DNA from: Fibrobacterota bacterium
Lineage (GTDB): Bacteria; Fibrobacterota; Chitinivibrionia; Chitinivibrionales; FEN-1185
Reading direction: 5' to 3'
DNA length: 64,000 nucleotides
Assembly (NCBI GenBank): GCA_003165595.1
Contig: PLWQ01000025.1
Span: 107,832-171,831, forward strand
In this document: piece by piece, positions 27,003 to 35,384 of the stretch
How the letters are laid out: each line of letters opens with the position of its first letter
Numbering within the stretch: the first letter of the stretch is position 1
Translations under genes and position numbers: made by a program
The notes under the pieces: generated by a model
Seen by the model: the letters and a program-made list of their open reading frames with translations, nothing else
Told to the model about the DNA's origin: nothing
The model's database searches: none

Positions 27003-27932
27003 ATGAAGGTTCTTCACGAGGTTGCGTTTTCTTCTCCTCCCGTAATGCTTGCGGCATGGCCGGGCATGGGTAATGTGGGCCTTATTGCCATGGATTATCT
27101 TCGCCGCAACCTGGGTGCGGCGCTCTTCGGCGAGATGGACATGAGCCCGTTCTTCATTCCAGATTCCATTATTGTCAAGGAAGGAATCGCCCAGCTTCCC
27201 GAGATTCCGTCAAGCGTTTTCCATTACAGCACCAACCCCGACCTTATCATTTTCGAGAGCAACGCCCAGGTGGGAGGCAAAGAGGGCATTACCATCATCA
27301 AGACCATTCTCGATATTGCCCGCCAGTACAATGTTTCGCGCCTGTTTACCGCTGCGGCCCTGGCGCAGCCCATGAGCTACCAGGCGGTGTCGGACGTGCT
27401 TATCGCCTGTTCGAGCGCCGCGCACCTCGAGTCCATCAAGCAGTTCGGCGTAGTACCCATGCCCGACGGCTATATTGCCGGGCTCAACGGCCTGCTGCTC
27501 GGTGTTGCCGCTTCACGCGGACTCGACGCCGCATGTCTCTTGGCCACTATGCCGTCCTACGCGGCAAATATGCCCTATCCAAAGGCATCGCTCGAGGTTG
27601 TCAAGGTGCTTGCCAAGGTCTTTTCACTCAACCTCGATTTTGGCGAACTGTCGGCAAGCGTTGCCGAAATGGACCAGCAGCTTGCCGCCATCGAGGAGCG
27701 CATCAAGCAGCTTTTTCCCGCCGAGAAGGAACAGGACGAGGAAATGGCCCAGATCGACGAGGAAAAAGTGCCGCATTACATCATGGAAAAGATCGAAAAA
27801 CTTTTCAAGAAGGCGGAACAGGACCGGACCGCGGCGCAGGAGCTCAAGAAGGAGCTTGACAAGTGGAATCTTTTCGAACTGTACGAAGACCGCTTCCTTG
27901 ACCTGTTCGAAGACAACGGCGGCAAATTGTAG
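27003..27932 (+). CDS. PAC2 (proteasome-assembly-chaperone-2-like) family protein with acidic coiled-coil tail
   Basis: ATG 27003 is in frame with ORF 26100..27932, whose upstream part is antisense to dusB. 'VMLAAWPGMGNVGLIAMDYL' is typical of PAC2. The tail is 'EKEQDEEMAQIDEEKVPHYIMEKIEKLFKKAEQD'. Confidence 0.7.
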   Translation: MKVLHEVAFSSPPVMLAAWPGMGNVGLIAMDYLRRNLGAALFGEMDMSPFFIPDSIIVKEGIAQLPEIPSSVFHYSTNPDLIIFESNAQVGGKEGITIIKTILDIARQYNVSRLFTAAALAQPMSYQAVSDVLIACSSAAHLESIKQFGVVPMPDGYIAGLNGLLLGVAASRGLDAACLLATMPSYAANMPYPKASLEVVKVLAKVFSLNLDFGELSASVAEMDQQLAAIEERIKQLFPAEKEQDEEMAQIDEEKVPHYIMEKIEKLFKKAEQDRTAAQELKKELDKWNLFELYEDRFLDLFEDNGGKL

Positions 27933-27994
27933 CGATCGCCTCGCGTGCTCCGCCGGCGCTCCCTGTTTCCCTCCCACGAAAGGCCTGCATTCCC

Positions 27995-29719
27995 GTGACG
28001 CAACCGTCTCCCGAGAAACAGGCGACATGCTGGTGCGGCGGGCTTCCGACGCCTTCGGTCCACCCGCTCTACGGCAACTGCCCCGCCTGCGGCACCCAGG
28101 TGCTTCTGCGCCAGCTTTCGGCCGAGGAGCTCAAGGCCTTTTACACCGAGGGGTACTGGCACGAGTTCGTCCAGAACACCTATAAGCTTCCCTCCATCGA
28201 AGAGCGGGCCGTCAACGATTTCTACGACCGGCTTCCATTTTACTTTCGCATGCTGCTGCGCTATGCGCCGCTTCCCGATTCGCTGCTCGAAATCGGGTGT
28301 TCGCACGGCGGCTTCCTGTATTACTGCCGGCAAAGCGGCGTGCGGCATCTGGACGGCATCGAGGTGGACGCGAACATCTGCGCGTTTGCCAAGAAACGGT
28401 TCAACCTGCCCAGCGTGATACCGGGCTTTTTCCCGGATGTGGTTCTGCCACGCGACCGGTATGATGTCGTCGCCGGCTTCGACGTGCTCGAACACTTCAT
28501 CAACCCCATAGAAGTGATGACCGCGGTCGCGGGCAAACTTGACGAAAAGGGAATATGTTTTTTCCTCACGCCCTGCTACCGGGGCGAAGACCGGACCTGG
28601 GACCGGTTCCGGCCCGACGAGCACACGTTCCTGTATACCGAAGCCGCCATTGGGGAGCTGTACCGCCGGTCCGGTCTGGACGTCATCGATATTGTCCCCG
28701 GACTGTACTCCCAGGACATGTACATTATTGGAAAGAAACATACCGCAACGTCTGCGCCGGCGACGCCTGCGGCCACACCCTCTGCCGCGCCCGTTTCGGT
28801 GGTTATCACCACCTGCAATCAGCCCGGACTTCTCGCGGAGGCACTTGAAAGCTGCAACAGGCAGTCGGCAAAGCCGGCGCACGTTGTTGTGGTGAACCTC
28901 GGCGCGACGGACGTTTCCCCGGTTGTGCGGCGCTTTGAGCCGTCGCTTTCGATAACCGCGGTTTCCTGCCCCGCTGGCAGCACCACCGCAGTTGGGCGGA
29001 ACAAGGGCCTTTCGCTTGCAAACCAGCCTTGGGCGGCGTTCCTGTGCGACGGCGAGTTCCTGTTTCCGAACCATTTCGAAACCCTGCTGCCGTTTCTTGC
29101 CAAAAGTGATTGCATGGCGGTCTATGCCGATTCCTATCGGGCGCTCCAGGTCGTCCGCGGACCGGGCTACTTTACTTTCCGTAACGACCTGGTTTTTTCC
29201 AGCGATTTCGATCCTGTTGCGCTGCGGTTCCACAACCTGTTTCCGCTTGCCTGCGCCGTGGTGCGAAGGTCGTGCTTCGTTTCCGTGGGTTTGTTCGACG
29301 AATCCCTGGCGTGGTGCTCCGACTGGGACTTCTGGATTCGGTTTTCGCGGGCATTTTCGGCCGTGCACGTGCCTCGCATCACCTGCGAATACAAATTCCG
29401 TATCGACGGGTCGCTGCTTGCGCCCGGCAGCAGGGAGGCCTTCGTGCGTGACCAGGCCGCGGTACTCGGCCGGTACGTGGCGCCCGGCGAAGACAGCGAC
29501 ATCCTGCGCGATCCCCAGCGCGGCCGCGTGCCGTGCGAGCGCGACCCGGCCGTTCCCTATCCCAGGATCGACGCCTTCATGACATCCATTGTCAAGCTCG
29601 TGGAGCAGAATCAGGTCGATCTTGCAAAACGGTACTACTCCGCCACCCGCCCGCTCATGCCGCCCTCGCCCGAGCTCGACAAATTCGACACCATCATGGA
29701 GCGGCTGTACAAAAAGTAG
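27995..29719 (+). CDS. fusion protein: Cys4 zinc ribbon + class I SAM methyltransferase + family-2 glycosyltransferase
   Basis: GTG start. 'CWCGG...CPACG' ribbon. SAM motif I 'LLEIGCSHGGFLYYC'. An Ala/Pro/Thr linker is followed by the GT2 signature 'VSVVITTCNQPGLLAEALESCNRQ' and 'FLCDGEFLF'. Confidence 0.8.
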   Translation: MTQPSPEKQATCWCGGLPTPSVHPLYGNCPACGTQVLLRQLSAEELKAFYTEGYWHEFVQNTYKLPSIEERAVNDFYDRLPFYFRMLLRYAPLPDSLLEIGCSHGGFLYYCRQSGVRHLDGIEVDANICAFAKKRFNLPSVIPGFFPDVVLPRDRYDVVAGFDVLEHFINPIEVMTAVAGKLDEKGICFFLTPCYRGEDRTWDRFRPDEHTFLYTEAAIGELYRRSGLDVIDIVPGLYSQDMYIIGKKHTATSAPATPAATPSAAPVSVVITTCNQPGLLAEALESCNRQSAKPAHVVVVNLGATDVSPVVRRFEPSLSITAVSCPAGSTTAVGRNKGLSLANQPWAAFLCDGEFLFPNHFETLLPFLAKSDCMAVYADSYRALQVVRGPGYFTFRNDLVFSSDFDPVALRFHNLFPLACAVVRRSCFVSVGLFDESLAWCSDWDFWIRFSRAFSAVHVPRITCEYKFRIDGSLLAPGSREAFVRDQAAVLGRYVAPGEDSDILRDPQRGRVPCERDPAVPYPRIDAFMTSIVKLVEQNQVDLAKRYYSATRPLMPPSPELDKFDTIMERLYKK

Positions 29720-29895
29720 ATGCATGGATGTGAGAGATGGTTGATGAGTTGATGGGTTGACTTGCCGTCGTGCGGATGCGTACGCTCGGCGCTCTGGAAT
29801 AATTCGTGGCGGACTTTCAATCTCTACCTAGAGGTCTTTGTCCACTACTTGCAACGTTGTCGGTTCTCTTGATTTTTGCGTTAGGGGCGACTGCA

Positions 29896-30034
29896 AGCCC
29901 GCCGGAGCGGGTTGCCGGCCGACCCTCGCCGAAGGCGACCAGGGCGGACCGGCAACGAGGCTTCAGCCGAGCTGGAGCCGGAGCGCCGGAGGCGCGGAGA
30001 CCACCGCCGCAGGCGGCCCGAAGGGCGCGAAGCG
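29896..30034. repeat. array of GC-rich tri/tetraloop mini-hairpins between convergent genes
   Basis: 29896-29913 AGCCCGC-CGGA-GCGGGTT. 29912-29955 is a long imperfect hairpin TTGCCGG...TCGCC-GAA-GGCGA...CCGGCAA. 29959-29979 GGCTTCAGC-CGA-GCTGGAGCC. 29983-29995 GCGCC-GGA-GGCGC. 30004-30016 CCGCC-GCA-GGCGG. 30016-30026 GCCC-GAA-GGGC. Confidence 0.65.
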
Positions 30035-30082
30035 TGAACGAGAACCGACCCGAGCGCAGCGAGGGGAACGCCCATTTTATCT

Positions 30083-31417
30083 TCATGACTTAATCTTCTC
30101 ACTCACCTGCTTCATCAGTTCATCAAACCGCGCGAGCTGCGGAAGTGCGGGGTACAGACTGCGGTATTTTTTGTAAAGCGCCGACGCCTCGCGCTGCTGC
30201 CCTTTCTCCACCATCTGCGTCACGCGCTCGACAAGCTCGTAGAGGTCCGGCACCGCCAGTGCTTCGGGGGACACCGGTTGCGACGAAGAGCGCTGCGCAA
30301 CCACCTGGCCGTATTTTTCCAGGGTGATGTCGGCGCTCTTCTCCCAGGTGAATCCTTGGGCGCGCTCTTGCAGGCCCGCTGGTTTTCCCTTGTCGTACGC
30401 TTCGAGGATCGCGGCGCGGATGGAACGAAAATCGTCAGGTGCGCAGTAGTAGCACGTTTCACCGAGGTAATCCGGTATACAGCCCCACGACGAGGCCACC
30501 ACCGTACAGCCGTAACGGGCGGCCTCTATGGTCACGAGTCCCGGCAGTTCGTACCAGCTCGGGAGGCAATGTACCCGCGCCGACTTGAACGCCGACAGGA
30601 GCAGTTCGTCGCTCAGCCTGCCCGTAAAAATGGTTCTGCCTTTTCTCTTGTACCTGTCGCACAAGGCCCTGTAGGCGGGCATGTACGTGAAGCCGCCGTC
30701 GGCAAACACCACCGGAATGTCGTCGTCTTCCAGGGCCCGTAGCAGCATGAGCTGGTTCTTGCGCATTTCGACCCGCGCCACAAACAGCACAAAGTCCCGT
30801 ACGCCGAAGTGTTTACAAAAGAGATCCTGGTCCGGGTCGAGGTTCTTGATGGTGGAGCCGAACGGCACCGGCGAGATCCGCACGTCCGGATACAGGGTCC
30901 TTATGAACCGCTCCTCGGTGACGCCGCAGGGAAAGATCATGTCGGCGTTCACCACGGTCCAGGGCGCGGTGTACACCGGCGCCGGAGGAACCGATTTCAA
31001 CAGGCCTAGTGCCTGATCAAAGAAATTCTTGTTCTGGCCCGTCTCGAGATACTTCGTGAATATCCGGACTGTTGCGTCGGCCCTGTTGCTGTACAGGGGA
31101 AAATCCTCCTGCAGGGAGGTTACGACAACAGGCACCTTCTGCGCGGCGGCATTGCGCGCGAAAGCATCCGTCACGTGCTGCAGGGTGAGGTTGAACAAAT
31201 GAACAATTTCGTACGAAGAAACATCTACGGCCGGATCGCTCGAAAAATCCACGGTCACGCCGCGGCTGCGCAGCTGCTCCTGCAGCCGGTTCATTACCGT
31301 GGTGTCGCCGCCCGGCATGGTATAGGCGTTGGAGCGGTTCATAAAGAGCACGCGCTTCACGCCCCGGGGCGGCGATTGCGGGCCGGCTGGTCTGTTTTGT
31401 AAAGACTGTGTTTCCAT
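30083..31417 (-). CDS. glycosyltransferase family 4 (GT-B, group 1) with helical C-terminal extension
   Basis: Start at METQSLQ (ATG 31417). 'GRLSDELLLSAFKSARVHCLPSWYELPGLVTIEAARYG' contains the EX7E motif. N-terminal 'RVLFMNRSNAYTMPGGDT'. Confidence 0.8.
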   Translation of the reverse strand: METQSLQNRPAGPQSPPRGVKRVLFMNRSNAYTMPGGDTTVMNRLQEQLRSRGVTVDFSSDPAVDVSSYEIVHLFNLTLQHVTDAFARNAAAQKVPVVVTSLQEDFPLYSNRADATVRIFTKYLETGQNKNFFDQALGLLKSVPPAPVYTAPWTVVNADMIFPCGVTEERFIRTLYPDVRISPVPFGSTIKNLDPDQDLFCKHFGVRDFVLFVARVEMRKNQLMLLRALEDDDIPVVFADGGFTYMPAYRALCDRYKRKGRTIFTGRLSDELLLSAFKSARVHCLPSWYELPGLVTIEAARYGCTVVASSWGCIPDYLGETCYYCAPDDFRSIRAAILEAYDKGKPAGLQERAQGFTWEKSADITLEKYGQVVAQRSSSQPVSPEALAVPDLYELVERVTQMVEKGQQREASALYKKYRSLYPALPQLARFDELMKQVSEKIKS

Positions 31418-31446
31418 GGGTGTGGCCTGTGGGCGCAAAACCGGCC

Positions 31447-32208
31447 CTATGCAATGACGCCCGTCTGGATGTTTCCCCGCAGATCGTAACTCATGCCGCC
31501 CTTGTAGGTTGCCCGGTCGGGGCGGCCGCTCGCGCAGGATGCGGGCAATTCCGCTTTGTACTTGTCGAGGAACTTCTGGCCGAACTCGCGCCACTGGGCG
31601 TTCATGTTGCCGCCGGAGAAATGCTTGAGCATAATGTCCCAGGTAACAACGAGCCGGTGCGTGCGCCGTATCTGCATGCAGATGTCGAGGTCGTAGAAGT
31701 GAAATCCGGGAAACGTGGCGTCGTCGAAACGGACGTGGTCAAACAGGCGCCTGGGGATCGCGAAAAACAGCCCGTCGGCAGCCACCACCTCGGCATCGGC
31801 CTTGTCCCACGAGAATACCGTGAGCACGAAAAGCTGGGCATTGTTTACCTCGTGGATCACCCTGCCCCGGATAAACGGCTGGCCAGCCGAAATCCACGCG
31901 CAGTTGTCCGCGAACAGGTACTGGGTGCCGGCGACTCCCACAAGGCCGAGCCGGTCATCGGCCGAGAATTTCGCGTTGAGCACGTTTCCCCAACCGGGCT
32001 CCATAAAAAAGCAGTCTTCGTGGACAAACACGAGCAGATCGCCGCGCGCCTCGGCAACACCCTTGTTGTAGGCCGCGCAAATGCCGTAGGCGCCCGCCGT
32101 ATTATCGATGCAAACGTACTCGTAATCGCAGCCGATTGTCTTGGCAACGTTGCGGCGGTGGAGGTCCCACGCGGAAGGCTGTCTGGAGCAGACGATAACG
32201 CTTATCAT
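31447..32208 (-). CDS. glycosyltransferase family 2-like protein
   Basis: 'MISVIVCSRQ', 'CIDNTAGAYGICAAYNKGVAEARGDLLVFVHEDCFF' (GT-A fold with an acidic metal motif). Confidence 0.7.
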   Translation of the reverse strand: MISVIVCSRQPSAWDLHRRNVAKTIGCDYEYVCIDNTAGAYGICAAYNKGVAEARGDLLVFVHEDCFFMEPGWGNVLNAKFSADDRLGLVGVAGTQYLFADNCAWISAGQPFIRGRVIHEVNNAQLFVLTVFSWDKADAEVVAADGLFFAIPRRLFDHVRFDDATFPGFHFYDLDICMQIRRTHRLVVTWDIMLKHFSGGNMNAQWREFGQKFLDKYKAELPASCASGRPDRATYKGGMSYDLRGNIQTGVIA

Positions 32209-32281
32209 GCCCTGGCGCCTGGTGAAAGGGGGATACGCCGCCCGGCCCGCCTGCGGCCGTATCTTCGGAGAATAACCGCGA

Positions 32282-33031
32282 CTACTTCTTCTTCATCACC
32301 AGGTAGTCCTGATACGGTTTGGGAAATTGCGGCTGTCCCACATTCCAATTGCCGTATTCAACGAACGTTTTTTCAAACCCGGCTTTCTCGTACAGTTGCA
32401 GAACGTCGTTTTCATTATGCGCGATCATTTTCTCCGGCGTGTCGCGGTTGAACGCAAGGCTCTTCTGTTCCGGGCGCGCCGGCGCATAGGTGATGGGTTG
32501 ACCGCCGATGTTTATCGTCATGTTTTCGCGCAGAAGGAAAAACGTTGCAAAAAGTCTGCCGTCCTTGCGCAGTATGCGGGAAATTTCCCGGAGGTAATTG
32601 TTGACATCAGGCAAGAACATATGCGTAAACAGGGAAACGGCAAGCACAAAAGAAAACTGGTTGTCCGGAAATGGAAACCGGAAGGTATTTGCCTGTATGG
32701 AACCAGCCTTGTTGTATTCACCCGAATAGACGTCCACGTGGAGGAACTTGCACTGAGGGTATTTCCGGGCGATATTCGCGTTGCTCCAGTCAATGAGGGG
32801 TTTCAGGTTGTCGAGCCCCACATACTGTCCGCCCGACAGATACTCGGCAATGTGGATGGCGACCCTGCCGCAGCCGCAGCCGATGTCGAGGACCGAATCG
32901 GCCGGCGTGAGTCCGCCGAGTTTGACAAGCCTGTTGAACTCGTACTGTCCCCACATCACGTAAGATTCCTCTTCGTAGAACGGCCCGACGCCCAGCCGGA
33001 TATCCAGGGGCGGAATGAGACTTGGATCCAT
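32282..33031 (-). CDS. class I SAM-dependent methyltransferase
   Basis: GAGGA upstream of ATG 33031. SAM motif I 'VLDIGCGCGRVAIHIAE'. Post-I 'YVGLD'. Confidence 0.8.
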   Translation of the reverse strand: MDPSLIPPLDIRLGVGPFYEEESYVMWGQYEFNRLVKLGGLTPADSVLDIGCGCGRVAIHIAEYLSGGQYVGLDNLKPLIDWSNANIARKYPQCKFLHVDVYSGEYNKAGSIQANTFRFPFPDNQFSFVLAVSLFTHMFLPDVNNYLREISRILRKDGRLFATFFLLRENMTINIGGQPITYAPARPEQKSLAFNRDTPEKMIAHNENDVLQLYEKAGFEKTFVEYGNWNVGQPQFPKPYQDYLVMKKK

Positions 33032-33190
33032 ATCGGTTCCTCTGAAAAGTGAAGTTGTGTTTCCTCTGCCGGCACCGCACGTGCCGACAACCGTACGTTC
33101 TATGACTCTCGTTCGACGTTGCTTCAAGCTATACCCGGCAGCCGTGATGCACGGCCCGTCCTTTTGCCGAACAGCTCCGGGAAACCGTGT

Positions 33191-34051
33191 TTACGGGAGC
33201 AGAACGAGATTGCACCATCGCACGCCGTCGTAGCGGGCAAACAATTCCGGAAATTGCTCAACCATGTTCTGCTTTGCCGTCCCGTCTTCCTTTAGTTCCA
33301 CGAATGTCGAAAAGTTGCCCTTGACAATTGCCGCAATTTCCTCGCGGGGAATGCCGGACCGATCCAGGCCGTAGGGCCAGAATTCTATCACCCAGGGTAT
33401 GGCGCGTCTGGCGAGCACGTTTTGTGCGCCCTTCAAGACATGACCTTCGCTGCCCTGCGTATCCGACTTGATAAGCGCCACGTTTGAGATGTCGATGGAC
33501 GACTTTTCCACCATTGCGTCAAGCGTGGCGCAGGTAACCGAAATGCGCCTGCGCATTGCCTCGTTGTAGCTGCCCGCGCCCGGGTCTTTGTACCGGACCC
33601 GGTGATCGCCGAAATTATCGGCCGACAGCTCGAATTCGACCTCTCCCTGCCTGCTTCCGAGAGCGAGGTTGAACGGCTTGATGACGTTGCCGAGCTTGTT
33701 GATCTTTACGTTGTAGTCGAGCAGGTGAAAGTTGTTCGGGTCCGGCTCGAACGCGGCGATTGTTGTGAACCTGCCGTCGAGGGCAAGCGGAATGCTCGCG
33801 GTTCCGATGTTCGCGCCGATGTCGACAAAGCCGTGTTTTTGCGGGTCAAGGTGAACGTAGTCAAAGAAGCGCAGCATCTCACGGTATCCGTATTCCCCTT
33901 CGGCAAGCAGCGAATGGCCGATGTCGGTGTCTTTTATGTCAACCATGAAGTCGCCGTGGTTGGTTTCACATACAATGCGTTTCATGCGCAATTCGCCGGC
34001 GGCCTGCGCAATGAGGTTCAGAAGGTGTCTGCGTTGCTGAACATCCAGCAT
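33191..34051 (-). CDS. FkbM family methyltransferase
   Basis: 'GFVDIGANIGTASIPLA', 'AFEPDPNNFHLL', 'IKSDTQGSEGHVLKGA'. Confidence 0.8.
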   Translation of the reverse strand: MLDVQQRRHLLNLIAQAAGELRMKRIVCETNHGDFMVDIKDTDIGHSLLAEGEYGYREMLRFFDYVHLDPQKHGFVDIGANIGTASIPLALDGRFTTIAAFEPDPNNFHLLDYNVKINKLGNVIKPFNLALGSRQGEVEFELSADNFGDHRVRYKDPGAGSYNEAMRRRISVTCATLDAMVEKSSIDISNVALIKSDTQGSEGHVLKGAQNVLARRAIPWVIEFWPYGLDRSGIPREEIAAIVKGNFSTFVELKEDGTAKQNMVEQFPELFARYDGVRWCNLVLLP

Positions 34052-34155
34052 GGTGGTTCCTTACGTTGTAATCGGAACCCCGCTCACCCCAAAAGGGCGC
34101 ACCGGACAATGTGCCCCGTGGCGCTCCCTTAGGGAGATGGAGGGGAAAGTACTGT

Positions 34156-35112
34156 CTATGTCGTGACGTTCTCCGCAAGAGCCTGGCGCACCGTGACGTT
34201 TGCGCCGGTGGAGAGGTCGATCACCGGCATGTCGCCTATAACGGTTTTCCGTTCCGGAAAGGAAAGATAGGTAAGCCTGCCCGCCGGATCGACCGATTCG
34301 CGGAATTTGGCCCGCACATAACCCTGTTCCGCAGAAAGGACGGGTAATCTACCCACCTTGTCTTTGCGAACGAAATAGGCGTTGTTGCCCTGGCTGTTCG
34401 ACCCGACAAACGCATAGCCCTTCTTCTCCGCAAGCATGCAGAACGCGGCGATCGAGCAGCCGAAATACACCCCGGAATAATGCGCCTTGTGCCGCACGAA
34501 CCGCGGATCGTAAGGAATGGTGAGCGCCTTTTTCCAGCCCAGGGTGCTGTTGTATTCGGTGATGACGATAATCGGGTTCACGGCGGTAATGGCGTCCCAG
34601 ATCCAGTAATCGTTGCCGTCCACGTCAATCGAGAGTATGCCGATTTCGTCCTTGTAGCCATTCTCCGAAATCAAGCTATTGATATTGTCCCGGTCGATAA
34701 AAGCGCAGACCGCGTTGAGTTCGTGGCGCCACCGAAGCACGTCCTGCTGGATAAACTGGACGTTCTCCCTGCTGCCGTCCATCACGAGTCCCGACCAGTT
34801 GTCGTTATATAAGAGGAACCGCGTGTTGGATTCGACATAGTTCTCCACGCCGAATTCCACGAAGGTCCGCCGCGACGGTGGAATGTCAATGGCGTGAATC
34901 AGGTACTGGATTATGCCATCGTCGCCGAACTGGGAATAGACCTTGAACTCGGCATCGCGGATGTCGTTGTATATGCCCTGCTGCCGTATCTGGTTGATAA
35001 GGGCTTTTGCGGAGAGGTGGAGGCCTGCGTCAACCTTGTTCTGGGCCTGGTTGAGCCGGATGAGAAGGTAAATGATCTGGTCGAGTTTGTTGTCCAGCGC
35101 AGGATCGCCCAT
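34156..35112 (-). CDS. hypothetical protein of the glycan locus (possible methyltransferase-fold enzyme)
   Basis: ATG 35112 with AAGGA upstream is preferred over the GTG at 35187. 'TFVEFGVENYVESNTRFLLYNDNWSGLVMDG' loosely resembles a nucleotide-binding beta-alpha start. No firm family assignment. Confidence 0.55.
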   Translation of the reverse strand: MGDPALDNKLDQIIYLLIRLNQAQNKVDAGLHLSAKALINQIRQQGIYNDIRDAEFKVYSQFGDDGIIQYLIHAIDIPPSRRTFVEFGVENYVESNTRFLLYNDNWSGLVMDGSRENVQFIQQDVLRWRHELNAVCAFIDRDNINSLISENGYKDEIGILSIDVDGNDYWIWDAITAVNPIIVITEYNSTLGWKKALTIPYDPRFVRHKAHYSGVYFGCSIAAFCMLAEKKGYAFVGSNSQGNNAYFVRKDKVGRLPVLSAEQGYVRAKFRESVDPAGRLTYLSFPERKTVIGDMPVIDLSTGANVTVRQALAENVTT

Positions 35113-35384
35113 GAATGGTCCTTGGTTGCGGAATTGTGCGGATATACCGGATGGCGCATCGGCGCCCGCCGTTCGCTTCTGAAACACGCACCTATTATTA
35201 TATGTATCGGATATGCAAAAAAAAACATTAAAATGCCGCGCGTTGCCGGAGGTTGCGGCGTCGTACTCGTGGTCTGCTCGTTGGAGAAAATAGTATACTT
35301 GAGGTGCGCGCCCGGCTTTGGCGGCAAGCGCTTTCGACGCCGATTGCGTGTTTGCCCGACTTGATTTATGAGCTACGGCTCCTT

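Noticed and set aside
27776-29725. 649-aa minus-strand ORF, one of the longest in the track
   Set aside because: It lies exactly antisense to the methyltransferase-GT2 fusion gene, which has clear motifs. Its translation is an Arg/Gly/Pro/His-rich low-complexity sequence typical of antisense frames in GC-rich DNA.
29806-30093. 95-aa plus-strand and 89-aa minus-strand ORFs in the 29.8-30.1 kb spacer, considered as possible small proteins
   Set aside because: Both strands are open only because the region is a chain of GC-rich palindromes. The translations are Arg/Pro/Ala low complexity, and no RBS is present.
31408-32451. 347-aa plus-strand ORF
   Set aside because: It is antisense to the GT2-like and methyltransferase genes, and its composition is characteristic of a shadow ORF.
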